NCBI RefSeq assembly: GCF_001194135.2
Contig: NC_068997.1
Location: 9,925,921 to 9,958,238, forward strand
Length of the DNA: 32,318 nt
Reading direction: 5' to 3'
DNA from: Octopus bimaculoides
Taxonomy: Eukaryota
The notes below the pieces were generated by a model. That model searched no databases, was not told where the DNA came from, and was given only the letters and a program-made list of their open reading frames with translations. Positions 1-10,538 of this stretch are shown in pieces. Made by a program: the position numbers and the translations under genes. The stretch's first letter is position 1; each line of letters starts with the position of its first letter.

Positions 1-69
1 TCCCTAATTAGTTGGGCTATGACCCTCTCTGTAACTTTCATAACCTGATCTAACAGCTTGATGCCTCTG

Positions 70-99
<30 letters not shown>

Positions 100-107
<8 letters not shown>

Positions 108-352
108 GGTGTGTGTGTACCCTTGTCTTGACTTCACATGATGATTGTAAACAAGAATCACCATCATGCAACTGATGTTTTTTTTGGGGGGTGTGGGGGG
201 AGATCTTCCATGAAAAACATATCTAGCCATGGAAAACGTGTCTACTGGAGAAATATGTCTTGGCTGGAAACAGGTAAGACCTGGTGACAGAAAAGACATC
301 GAGCCTGGCTCAATGAATTCCAACTGACCTATGCAATATGGAAAATGAACAT
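100..352 (+). mobile_element. SINE-like repeat, 3' module B, following (TA)n/(TG)n
   Basis: ccttgtcttgac...caccatcatgcaa...ggaaacaggt...tggtgacagaaa is homologous to 1800-2060 (reverse complement) and 28735-28970. Confidence 0.7.
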
Positions 353-829
353 CACTATATTTTCTAGTATACAAGTCAACATAGTATTTTAGTGTAAACA
401 TGTAGTATAAACATTCAAACATTGTCACTATCTTTCCAAAACCTGCTACATTGCACATGGAATTTTTAGTCTTCCAAAGTCATCTTGGTGTGTAAATTTT
501 AGTCTGAAAAATTTGACTTCTTGCCAGAAAATATGGTAAATGATGATGATGATTGAAAACATTCTCTTAGTTAATACTTTCTGTTAATTAGTTTAATTGT
601 TTTTTTGTTTTTTTTTCCTTAAACTACTGCATTTACACATCACTAAGTTCCGGTTTGCTCAGCAGCAACATATCTATGGCCAGCTGTGTTTGACAGACAG
701 TGTTTATATTTATGAGTTTACCAAAAATTCTGTATCTAGTTAACTGAGTTTTTATTGAAAAATGTATTGATTTAGCATCAAATTAAAAGAAAAAGCAGGT
801 GTGAAGCATCGAACAACTGCAGCAGGTTT

Positions 830-1007
830 GTTTAAAACTGAATAGCTTAACAAAATAGCAGAAAATGTGATGTCGAAATATTTTACGAGGTCGTGAATGT
901 TGAGCTTTAAGAAATATTTATGTATGATTTGGAAACTGGAGTTTACGGTTCATAATGTCATCGTGTGAAAGTTGCTGAAGAATTTACTACTGGAAAAAAA
1001 AAAGTAG

Positions 1008-1010
<3 letters not shown>
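830..1010 (+). pseudogene. Fossil hAT transposase, piece 1 (N-terminal region)
   Basis: Hand translation gives EIFMYDLETGVYGS*CHRVKVAEEFTTGKK. It joins piece 2 across an insertion bounded by tagaat at 1005-1010 and 1539-1544. Family assignment is from recalled ZNF862-like hAT motifs. Confidence 0.55.
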
Positions 1011-1068
<58 letters not shown>

Positions 1069-1538
1069 TGTTTTAAATCCAGGTTTTTGTCCCCATTAAC
1101 GGTNNNNNNNNNNNNNNNNNNNNNNNNNNNNNNNNNNNNNNNNNNNNNNNNNNNNNNNNNNNNNNNNNNNNNNNNNNNNNNNNNNNNNNNNNNNNNNNNN
1201 NNNNNNNNNNNNNNNNNNNNNNNNNNNNNNNNNNNNNNNNNNNNNNNNNNNNNNNNNNNNNNNNNNNNNNNNNNNNNNNNNNNNNNNNNNNNNNNNNNNN
1301 NNNNNNNNNNNNNNNNNNNNNNNNNNNNNNNNNNNNNNNNNNNNNNNNNNNNNNNNNNNNNNNNNNNNNNNNNNNNNNNNNNNNNNNNNNNNNNNNNNNN
1401 NNNNNNNNNNNNNNNNNNNNNNNNNNNNNNNNNNNNNNNNNNNNNNNNNNNNNNNNNNNNNNNNNNNNNNNNNNNNNNNNNNNNNNNNNNNNNNNNNNNN
1501 NNNNNNNNNNCCCCCCCCCCCCCCACCTAAATGATGCT
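1011..1538. mobile_element. Insertion with a (CAT)n end inside the hAT fossil, mostly N-gap
   Basis: Flanked by the direct repeat tagaat (1005-1010, 1539-1544); (CAT)n at 1011-1065. The interior is not visible. Confidence 0.45.
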
Positions 1539-1800
1539 TAGAATGATGTTTGGAAACTTAACTTTTTGATGCATCATTTGGAAAGTAAATCACTCCCTGG
1601 AGTTATATTTAAGCTGAGGCCAACAATAAGATAGAAACTCTCATTACATGTTTGTGGAATGCTACGGAGGATAAGTGGGGGTTTGAGATGAGCGAGAATG
1701 AAAATGATCAATCTGAGAAAAGACCAAAGTTCTTATGGAATGTATGTTGTTAGCAGCTGAAATAAATAACTCTTTACACTTGACTCGACACATTAAAATG
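1539..1800 (+). pseudogene. Fossil hAT transposase, piece 2
   Basis: Reads *NDVWKLNFLMHHLESKS, then MECMLLAAEINNSL (start of the supplied ORF 1735..2070), with stops and frameshifts. Confidence 0.55.
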
Positions 1801-2757
1801 AACATCATTATCGTTTTTTTAACATTCACTTTTGCACACTTGCATGGCTCAGAAAGAATTTGTTGGGACCGGTTGTCTATGGGTAGGCTGTCTTTCTGTC
1901 ACCAGTCCTCACCTGTTTCTAAACAAGGTAATAATTCTTCATGGCGAGGACATGTTTTTCACAGAAAACTAGAAACGAACATCACTTGCATGATGGTGAT
2001 ACTCATTCCAAATCATCACCTGATGTCGAGACAAGGTTACAGACACATGTATACATGCATATCTGTTTAGTGTATGTATGTTTGTTTGTATGTATGTATG
2101 TATGTGTGTGTGTATGTATGTATGTATATGAATATAAAATGGAATTAAACCATACTCGTTGACTGGCACCTGCGCCAGTGGAGCACTAACAGCACTGTCC
2201 GAGCATGTTCATTGCTAGAGCAGCTGTCTGGCTTCCGTGCTAGTGGCCCATAAATAGCACCATTTGAGTGTAATCGTTACCAGCGTCACCTTCTAGCACT
2301 TGTACTGGTGGCACATTAGAAAATCATTCGAGCGAGGTCGTTGCCAGTGCTGCTGGACTGACTTCCGTGCAGGTGGCACGTAAAAAACACCTTTTTGAGC
2401 GTGGCCGTTGTCAGTACCATGTGACTGGCACATAAAAGCACCCACTACACTCTCGGAGTGGTTGGTGTTAGGAAGGGCATCCAGCTGTAGAAACTCTGCC
2501 AGATCAGATTGGAGCCTGGTGTAGCCTTCTGGCTTGCCAGTCCTCAGTCAAATCATCCAACCCATGCTAGCATGGAAAGCGGACGTTAAACGATGATGAT
2601 GAATATAAAATGGATTTCCTTCAGCTTTTCTCAACCAAAATCCACTCACAAGGCTTGGGTTAAAGTAGTAGAAGGCATTCACCCAAGGTGCCATGCAGTA
2701 GGACTGAACCTGAAACCTCATAGTTGGGGAGAAGACTTCTTAACCACACAGCCATGC
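1800..2757 (-). mobile_element. Composite SINE: head S2 + internal (TATG)n + tail module B, interrupted by an RTE fragment
   Basis: 2617-2757 is the reverse complement of the gcatggctgtgtggttaagaag head; microsatellite at 2062-2130; 1800-2060 is the reverse complement of module B. Confidence 0.65.
2144..2598 (+). mobile_element. RTE-like LINE 3' fragment with (GAT)n tail and TSD
   Basis: Core ggttgg.gttaggaagggcatccagctgtagaaa...ccaacccatgctagcatggaaagcggacgttaaacgatgatgat; flanking direct repeat atgaatataaaatgga at 2128-2143 and 2599-2614. Confidence 0.8.
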
Positions 2758-2779
2758 TTCCATCTATTGTCTATCATTT

Positions 2780-3045
2780 CAGCTCCCAGATAGCTGGTAA
2801 AGCAAGAATTATGCATTTGAATTTCTGGACACCATTATCTATATTGTTTAGAAAAACATCCCTGAAGAGATAAATCTCTGGCTTTTCACATGTTAATCTT
2901 TAATAAAACCACAAATTCATTTATCAACAGATGCCTCATTCTGTGTCTTCAAATTCTGGTCTAAAGATTGGACTCTGCACAAAAGGCTTCTTTGGTGGAA
3001 TAACTCAGCTGCAAGTGTGCTATATTTGTACCGTTTCAACACTGA
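2780..3045 (+). pseudogene. Fossil hAT transposase, piece 3
   Basis: Reads PDSW*SKNYAFEFLDTI and later FFGGITQLQ; ends at the SINE TSD aacactga. Confidence 0.65.
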
Positions 3046-3270
3046 GCTGGCAGAAATGTTAGCATACCGGGTGAAATGCTTAGTGGTATTTTGTCAGTCT
3101 TTATGTTCTGAGTTCAAATTCCACCAAGGTCGACTTTGCCTTTCATCCTTTTGTGGGGTTGATTAAATAAGTAGCAGTTATGTACTGGTGTCGATGTAAT
3201 CAACTTAATCCCTTTGCCTGTCCTTGTTTGTCCCCTCTATGTTTAGCCCCCTGTGGGCAATAAAGAAATA
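3046..3270 (+). mobile_element. tRNA-type SINE family S1 with 8-bp TSD
   Basis: gctggcagaaatgttagc head, B-box-like gagttcaaattcc, A-rich tail aataaagaaata; TSD aacactga at 3038-3045 and 3271-3278. Confidence 0.85.
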
Positions 3271-4010
3271 AACACTGAAGCAGTTTTATGAAGAGAAGAA
3301 ACTTGTGTTTTGTAAAATCTGGATGTTTCCATCTGATGGAGCATCAGTAATGTTGATTCTACAACAAGACTGAAACAAGAAATTCCACTCTCAATTCCTC
3401 AATTCTGCAACATTCTGGATTACATCATGAAGATCTGGCAATTTCTAACATGTGGAAAGAAGTCAAATAGAAACAAACAAAAAAGAAAGGAAGCTTTGAT
3501 GAGAACAATCTATACTGCTTTATTGATCTACCATTAAAAGATGCAAGTTTAAGAAAATTCCAGAGGCTTCTGAGAATTAAGTTGTTGCCTTCAGACCATT
3601 TAATGAAGTTGGATAGTTATCTAGACACTTTGCATTGCAGTTGATAATAAAGAATTATAAGGTACTGATCACATACATTGAAGAAGATAAGTGAAATAAC
3701 TTTGTAGCTAGATATTGTCACAAGAAACTGATAAACATCACATAAAAAGTAGCATTACAGGTTTTAAGCTATAGCTTTGAAGAACTGGTTACATTCTACA
3801 AGATTCTTCAAAAGAATGACCTGACAGCGATTTCTTCACTTTGTTTTGCACAAGGCAAAATTAACAAGATAAGGAAAGCAGTTTTGGAGAGACAAAGTTT
3901 CATGGAATGACAAAGTTTTGTTAAACCAACAGCATGGAGCAAACACAAACAGTCAAAGTAAGTTTGCTGTTGACTTTCATAAATCATCTTTGCATTCGTT
4001 TAGAAAAAGG
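3271..4010 (+). pseudogene. Fossil hAT transposase, piece 4 (catalytic core)
   Basis: Reads LKQFYEEKKL..MFPSDGASVML (hAT xDGAxxM catalytic Asp motif), then FRPFNEVG*LSRHFALQLIIKNYKVLITYIEE (decayed EVRWLSR motif), then FINHLCIRLEK. Confidence 0.8.
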
Positions 4011-4382
4011 GTCTATTGTTGCCCTTTTATTTACCTTCTACTTTGAGGGAACGCCCTTACCATCTCTCTTCCCAGCTGGGAAAGTCATGTATCTCCTCCT
4101 CAGTGGGACTCCTACTCTTGTCTCTTTATCATACTTTCACTGCCCTTGATATTCTACTCCCTCAGTTGAGGGGGTTCTTGTCTTGTGAGTACTCGGTGAC
4201 ATCATTGGAGTTAATGTTGAGAAAAAAGCACCCTGTCCACTCTGTAAAGTGGTTGGCATTAGGAAGGGCATCTGGCTGTAGAAACCATGCCAAAGTAGAT
4301 ACTAGACCTTTGCACAGTGCTCTGGCTTGTTGGTTCCTGTTGAGCTGTTCAACCCATGCCAACGGGGAAAAGGTGAAATTAA

Positions 4383-4414
<32 letters not shown>
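4010..4414 (+). mobile_element. RTE-like LINE 3' fragment, (GAT)n tail
   Basis: Same core as 2144-2598; the upstream part shares catgtatctcctc with the copy at 22220-22735; (GAT)n at 4382-4414. Confidence 0.75.
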
Positions 4415-4416
4415 AT

Positions 4417-4650
4417 TCCATGAAGATGAGGTGCAAGAAAGGTAGGTTTTTGATTCCTCCACAATTGCATATCATGACAATATATTTACGAAATATCATG
4501 ATTTTCCAGCAGGAGTTGCTGTAATAGCTTAATTATTCAAAATATTGCATGCAAGGAAAAAAAAATCCAAAATGATTTCAAATAGTGACCAAAATGGCAG
4601 TATTTTTTCTTCAAGAGGAACAGTTTTGTGAACTTGCAAAGATGATGGGT
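4417..4650 (+). pseudogene. Fossil hAT transposase, piece 5
   Basis: Reads FHEDEVQER*VFD and later FFLQEEQFCELAKMM; ends where a minus-strand LINE begins. Confidence 0.55.
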
Positions 4651-4654
4651 TAGT

Positions 4655-5075
4655 TACTTTGTTCTCTCCGTGCCATGAGGCACGTAAGGCCACAACACGA
4701 TCCCTCCAACCAGCTCTGTTTTCTGCCACTGTTCTGGTCTCATTCCAGCTTCCTGTCCCCTTTCCTTGTCAATGGTCCTTTGCCATGTGGTTTTAGGGTG
4801 CCCTGCTGTTCTTTTCCCCTCAGGCTGTCACTTTAGTGACCCCTTACAATCACTTTCTTAATTTTATTTGAGGACATGTTCAGTCCAGTACCAACATCTG
4901 TGTTTTATTTAATCACTGATCCTGTCGTTGCCCATTGTCATCTCAATTGTATCATTTTGGACTCTTTGCAGCCGCTTGATGTCAAGTATTTTCTTTTACT
5001 GGAAACTGGAAGCTGTCTGTTGTTTTTTCCCTTTCTATTTTGTCACTTTCCAGTTTTCACATCCGTAGAGTAATG
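4655..5075 (-). mobile_element. RTE-clade LINE ORF2 C-terminal fragment (second family)
   Basis: Minus strand reads QPEGKRTAGHPKTTWQRTIDKER, then a frameshift, then SWNETRTVAENRAGWRDRVVALRASWHGEN. This matches the RTE G.R..GRP..TW / A.DR..WR terminus pattern. Confidence 0.75.
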
Positions 5076-5149
5076 CTGGTCAGACCAATGTCTTGAACAG
5101 CTTCAGCTTGGTTTTGTAGCCTATGATGGGTACCGTTTGAATATTTATT

Positions 5150-5320
5150 ATGCCAAGTTTAGTTTATGAGTAATTGTAATGAATCCACTCAAAAACAAAC
5201 TGAGACAGTATTTAGGTGATTGTTATTTAGCTATAATAATGAGAATTGAGAGCCATTAATTGGCTGGAAGTGTTGTTAATCTAGACAGTTTATACAAAGA
5301 ATAGAGGGTGAAAAAATGAT
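5150..5320 (+). pseudogene. Fossil hAT transposase, piece 6 (C-terminal dimerisation region)
   Basis: Reads KFSL*..NPLKNKLRQYLGDCYLAIIMRIESH*LAGSVVNLDSLYKE*, resembling the hAT C-terminal FSxM..K.K.R..L....L..LMRI pattern. Confidence 0.6.
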
Positions 5321-5870
5321 TTAGTGGATTAAATATGTATGTTATTCTGTGGCAGTTTTATGTTAAATATTTTGTAAATCCGCATAAATTGCGTTATGTT
5401 TGATAATTTACTCATTAAGTACGTGGATAGTTTGTCAACTAGCTTAGTAATTAAATGAATTTTGATTTAACCATTTCCATCAACTTTAATGATGATGATG
5501 ATGATGATGATGATAATAATAATAATAATGATAATAATAATAATATTTATAATAGTAATAACTATAATAATAATAATAATGATTTCTTTTGTTTGTCACT
5601 AGAACAACAGATGAGGGATACAATATAAAGACAGACATAAAGTGTAGGTGTTTAATAATAATAATAATAATAGCAATAATAATAATCCTGTGAATTGATG
5701 AGTAATACTAATTATAACTTATTTCAGCATTGTGTCACATAAAAATAAGTTCCTTGAAGTTTTATGTAAATGAACAACAAACTGATGAAACTAGTTTAAA
5801 GTAGAGGATAAAAGCTAAACAAAATATATTACTTTGTTGAACATGATCATATTAGTATTATATTTATTAT

Positions 5871-6253
5871 GGTGGAGGTGCAATGGCCCAGTGGTTAGGG
5901 CAGTGGACCCACGGTCATAGCGGTTTCGATTCCAAGACTGGGCGTTGTGAGTGTTTATTGAACGAAAACACCTAAAACTCCACGAGGCTGCAGCAGGAGA
6001 TGGTGGCGAACCCTGCTGTACTCTTTCACCACAACTTTCTCTCATTCTTTCTTCCTGTTTCTGTTGTACCAGTAATTCAAAGGGCCAGCCTTGTCACACT
6101 CTGTGTCACGTTGAATCTCCCTGAGAACTACGTTAAGGGTACACGTGTCTATGGAGTGCTCAGCCACTTGCACGTTAATTTCATAAGCAGGCTGTTCCAT
6201 TGATCGGATCAACTGGAACCCTCGTCATCGTAACCGACGGAGTGCCACGACCA
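5871..6253 (+). mobile_element. Full-length tRNA-derived SINE family S3 with 11-bp TSD
   Basis: A-box tggcccagtgg (5884-5894), B-box ggtttcgattcc (5922-5933); TSD atatttattat at 5860-5870 and 6254-6264. Confidence 0.9.
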
Positions 6254-6653
6254 ATATTTATTATATTTTGAACAGAGGGCAAACAATATAACTTCCAAAT
6301 AACAACCTTCACAACCAATAAAGCATATTAAGATATTTTAAGAAACTTTCTAAAAGAAAAAAAACTTATTGTATTTTTAAAAACATTTTGTTTTATCTTA
6401 ATAAGAGTTTTAAAAAATTGAATGAGGTGCAGACATGGCTGTGTAGTTAAGAAGGCTGTTTTGCTACCATATGGCTTTAGGTTCAGTCCCACCCTAGGGA
6501 ACATGTCTTCTGCTATAGTAGTGGTTCTCAATGATTTTTGATTTTTATACCTATGGATCCCTTAGATTCCTGTTTTACCCAGATGGACCCTCAGAGCCAT
6601 TCCATTGTTTAAAAAATCCTATTATGTTTTTATATCTAAATATTACTCGGAAT

Positions 6654-6972
6654 TCATCATCATCATCACCGTCATCATTTAGCATCTGCTTTCCATGCTG
6701 GCATTGGTGAGACAGTTTGACTGGAACCGGTAAACTGGAGGGCTGTACCAGGTTCCAGTCTGATTTGGCATGGTTTCTATGGTTGGATTCCCTTCCTAAT
6801 GCCAACCACTCCAAGAGTGTAATGGGTGCTTTTAATGTGCCACCGGCACAGGTGCCATTTACATGACACTGGCAATGGCTAAGAATAAGATTTCTCAAGC
6901 ATAGTATATATTGCCAAAGGTCTCAGTTACTTGTCATCACCTCTGTGAGGCCCAACATTTGAAGATCATGCT
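6654..6972 (-). mobile_element. RTE-like LINE 3' fragment including the last ORF2 codons
   Basis: (CAT)n end and shared core; minus strand at 6900-6972 reads HDLQMLGLTEVMTSN*DLWQY. Confidence 0.75.
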
Positions 6973-7032
6973 ACCAGCAATGACCTGTTACAACATTTTT
7001 TGTATCACATAAATATATAAATATTCATTTTA

Positions 7033-7236
7033 AATTTTGGCACAAGGCCAGCAATTTTGGAGATGGGGGTTAAGTTGATTACATCAATGCCAGTGCTCAA
7101 CTGGTACTCATTTTGTCGACCCTGAAAGGATAAAAGGCAAAGTTGACCTTAGTGGAATTTGAACTCAGAACGTGAAGATGGATGAAATGACATTAAGTAT
7201 TTTGCCCAGTATGCTCATGATTCTGCCAGCTTACTG
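7033..7236 (-). mobile_element. SINE family S1
   Basis: Reverse complement of the S1 body (ggaatttgaactcag, aaaggcaaagttgacc, ttctgccagc). Confidence 0.8.
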
Positions 7237-8605
7237 TCTCCATTGCGCATAAATATCAACAGCAAAATCTTATGAGGACCTCCAAGGGCCATATGGACCC
7301 AGGATGAGAACCACTGTCCTATAGTTATGCATTGACTAATGTTTTGTGGAAAAATTTTGGAGACAGCCCATTGTGTAGAAGCCCATTGTATATATATATA
7401 TATATNNNNNNNNNNNNNNNNNNNNNNNNNNNNNNNNNNNNNNNNNNNNNNNNNNNNNNNNNNNNNNNNNNNNNNNNNNNNNNNNNNNNNNNNNNNNNNN
7501 NNNNNNNNNNNNNNNNNNNNNNNNNNNNNNNNNNNNNNNNNNNNNNNNNNNNNNNNNNNNNNNNNNNNNNNNNNNNNNNNNNNNNNNNNNNNNNNNNNNN
7601 NNNNNNNNNNNNNNNNNNNNNNNNNNNNNNNNNNNNNNNNNNNNNNNNNNNNNNNNNNNNNNNNNNNNNNNNNNNNNNNNNNNNNNNNNNNNNNNNNNNN
7701 NNNNNNNNNNNNNNNNNNNNNNNNNNNNNNNNNNNNNNNNNNNNNNNNNNNNNNNNNNNNNNNNNNNNNNNNNNNNNNNNNNNNNNNNNNNNNNNNNNNN
7801 NNNNNNNNNNNNNNNNNNNNNNNNNNNNNNNNNNNNNNNNNNNNNNNNNNNNNNNNNNNNNNNNNNNNNNNNNNNNNNNNNNNNNNNNNNNNNNNNNNNN
7901 NNNNNNNNNNNNNNNNNNNNNNNNNNNNNNNNNNNNNNNNNNNNNNNNNNNNNNNNNNNNNNNNNNNNNNNNNNNNNNNNNNTCACTGTCCATAAAAATC
8001 TATGATAAGATGGAGTGCGATATAAATAGCGGAGTGATGTTGAATGGGTTCGAGTTATCTCTAGAAATTAGTTTTGTTTTGTGGTTTTTGTTGTTGTTTG
8101 CATTGTTTTTGCTTTTTTTTTCTCTTCTTTTCTTTTCGGTATTTTTGCTTCCATAAACAATGTTTCGTGTATGTATGTGTGTGTAGGGAGGGGAGGGAGG
8201 TGCAGTGTGTTAAAATGGTAGATAGAAATATTTGACAGCTTCTAGTAATAAATTATGTGTTCCTATGATGAGGTCATAAATTTTACCTACTTGATGTGTT
8301 CACATCTCTTTCTGTGGTTTATACCCTAACCCCCCCTCCAACCCCTTCAAATTCTCCTCCTCCTCCTCCTCCTCCTCCTCACCTCTTGCCACTTTATGTT
8401 TCTACATTCTTGGTCATTATCTAATGGCCAATGAACTGACCAAGTTGGACATGGCTATGGTACGGTACTGGACCAGACTTACAAGCTCTGAGGTTTGGGG
8501 ATCAAATCCACTTTAGGTAGGTCTGGGAGGTCAGAGTCGTGGGTTTAACACAAAAAGAGAAAGTTAGCCCCTCAAAGTTCTACCTGTTTTTGAAATACTT
8601 CTCAC

Positions 8606-8645
8606 CTTTAATATCGCTGAGATGATTTCTTGGTAGTTTCCGTCT
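8606..8645 (-). CDS. Candidate 40-nt internal exon
   Basis: Minus strand has ttccttgttgtctgctag|...aaag|gtgaga. Two frames are open: RRKLPRNHLSDIK or DGNYQEIISAILK. Confidence 0.22.
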
Positions 8646-8720
8646 CTAGCAGACAACAAGGAATCAAAAACCATCATTGGCCTGCTGGTAAACCTAACAC
8701 GCCATTGGTTACAACAATAA

Positions 8721-8992
8721 GGGTTCCAGTTGGTTAGATGATCAATGGAACAGCCTGCTCATGAAATTAACGTGCAAATGGTTGAGCACTTGACAGACAT
8801 GTATACTCTTAATGTATTCTGAGGGAGGATTCAGTATTACACAGAAGGATGGCCCTTTTAATTTCAGGTACATCTCATTTTTGCCAGCTGAGTGGAGTGG
8901 AGTGGAGTGTTTTGCTCAAGGATACAATGCCCCAGCAGAAATTGAACTCATGACTATATAACCGTGAGCCAAATGCCCCGAACATTGGACCA
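8721..8992 (-). mobile_element. SINE S4 (different head + the S3 3' half)
   Basis: gatcaatggaacagcctgctcatgaaattaacgtgca is the reverse complement of the S3 3' end; the head is homologous to 25820-25968. Confidence 0.7.
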
Positions 8993-9051
8993 CGTACCTT
9001 CACAACCTACTGGTAGTGTGACAAGTGGCATTATGATAAGGCATCTCCAAG

Positions 9052-9415
9052 GCAGCGACCTGGCAGAATTGTTAGCACACTGGGCGAAATGCTTAACGGT
9101 ATTTCGTCTGTTGCTATGTTCTGGGTTCAAATTGCTCTGAGGTTGACTTTGCTTGGCGATCATTCGGTACAAGTTCTCTAAATGCCAAATCATTTGACAA
9201 TCGCTTGACAATCGGACGTTAGTCAGTGATAGCCTCTTTCCCCCTCCCTTCCCCTTCTCTCTCTCTCTGTCTATCTCTTTCACATTCTATCTCTTTTCAT
9301 TCTTTCGAGATCAATAAATTAAGTGCCAGTCAAGTACTGGGGTTCGATGTGATTGATTGTCCCCATCCTCACAAAAATTCCAGTCCTTGTGCTTATTGTA
9401 GAAAGGATTATGATA
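9052..9415 (+). mobile_element. SINE family S1, interrupted at ~9165-9300
   Basis: Head ctggcagaattgttagcacactgggcgaaatgc with B-box gggttcaaattg; the body resumes at gatcaataaattaagtgccagt. Confidence 0.7.
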
Positions 9416-9435
9416 AGGCATATGTGAGAGAGAGA

Positions 9436-9522
<87 letters not shown>

Positions 9523-9640
9523 TTGTTTTGCAAGATTTAACACTAAATATACAGTGCGTGTGTTTTTATTGGCTAAACTGGCAACATGACCATCCCCAAG
9601 TGCATATATATGCATATGTATATATATGCATATATATATA

Positions 9641-9673
<33 letters not shown>

Positions 9674-9679
9674 GGTCTG

Positions 9680-9780
9680 GGGCTATTGTAGAAGATACTT
9701 GTCCCAGGTACCATACAGTGGGACCGAACCCAAAAGCACATGCTTGGGAAGCCAGCTTCTTAACCACATATCCATACCTG
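9680..9780 (-). mobile_element. SINE head S2 next to (AT)n/(GT)n
   Basis: gggaccgaacc...gcttcttaaccacatatccat is the reverse complement of the S2 head. Confidence 0.7.
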
Positions 9781-10253
9781 TATCTTTTAACAAGTTAAAA
9801 TAAATAAACATATAAATAGCAATTGTGTTGGCTGCCTGCTGCTATTTCTCTAATTACCATTTCTAAAAATGTCTTCCTTTATCACTCTCCATATTTTCTC
9901 ATCTGACTTACAAATCATTCAGCTTGGATGGTCATTGTTGGTCTCAAATGAGACAGCCATATTTTAAAACTAAGCTAAAACAGTAAAGTCTGTGGCAACA
10001 AGTCAGGTCCTATGTCTGCTAAAAGTTCTTCAGATAATTCAAAGAATGGAATAAATTTTATGCTGTGAAAAATATTTGAAGAATTCTTGTTCTTTGGAGT
10101 CTGTTCTACAAAATAATTTACTTATTGGCCAGTTGCATCTTTTAATGTTATGGAAAGGAAAAGACAAAAAAAGCAACAAAAAAAGAAGAAAAAAGCAAAA
10201 AAAATACTGACAATACAAATAAATGCATTTTATTTTATTCAGAATTGTAAAAG

Positions 10254-10289
<36 letters not shown>

Positions 10290-10440
10290 GTCATTGTGGT
10301 TATCACCACCACCACCAATACCACCATCAACATCATCATTATCAGCAGCAGCAGCATTCTGCTTATTCTTTTTCTTTTCTTTTTTTTTTTGTCTTATTCT
10401 TTCTTTTTCTTCCTTCCATCTTTTGTTTCCTTCTTTTCTC

Positions 10441-10538
10441 TTTTTCACTTCTATTTCTCTTTTTCACTTCTATTTCTCTTTTTCACTTCTATTTCTCTTT
10501 TTCTCTTCTATTTCTCTTTTTCACTTCTATTTCTCTTT
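10441..10538. repeat. 19-bp minisatellite, about 5 copies
   Basis: Unit cacttctatttctcttttt starts at 10446, 10465, 10484, 10503 (one mismatch) and 10522. Confidence 0.9.

Larger units (their letters stand above)
6519..7316. mobile_element. Non-autonomous hAT element (MITE) carrying two nested insertions
   Basis: TIRs tagtggttctca (6519-6530) and tgagaaccactg (7305-7316), 11/12 complementary; 8-bp TSD tgctatag (6511-6518) and tcctatag (7317-7324), 7/8 identical. Confidence 0.8.
6430..7405 (+). mobile_element. SINE head S2 split by a hAT MITE
   Basis: catggctgtgtagttaagaag...ggttcagtccc...gtcttctgctatag at 6430-6518 resumes after 7324 and ends agaagcccattgtatata. Confidence 0.7.

Noticed and set aside
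350-5480. TIRs for the hAT transposase fossil
   Set aside because: I could not find a matching inverted pair on either side by eye.
5871-5945. tRNA gene
   Set aside because: It has A and B boxes, but it continues into a 300-bp repeat body shared with other copies and is enclosed by a TSD, so it is a SINE head.
8018-8027. TATA box (tataaata)
   Set aside because: It is a single short motif in AT-rich DNA with no downstream gene evidence.
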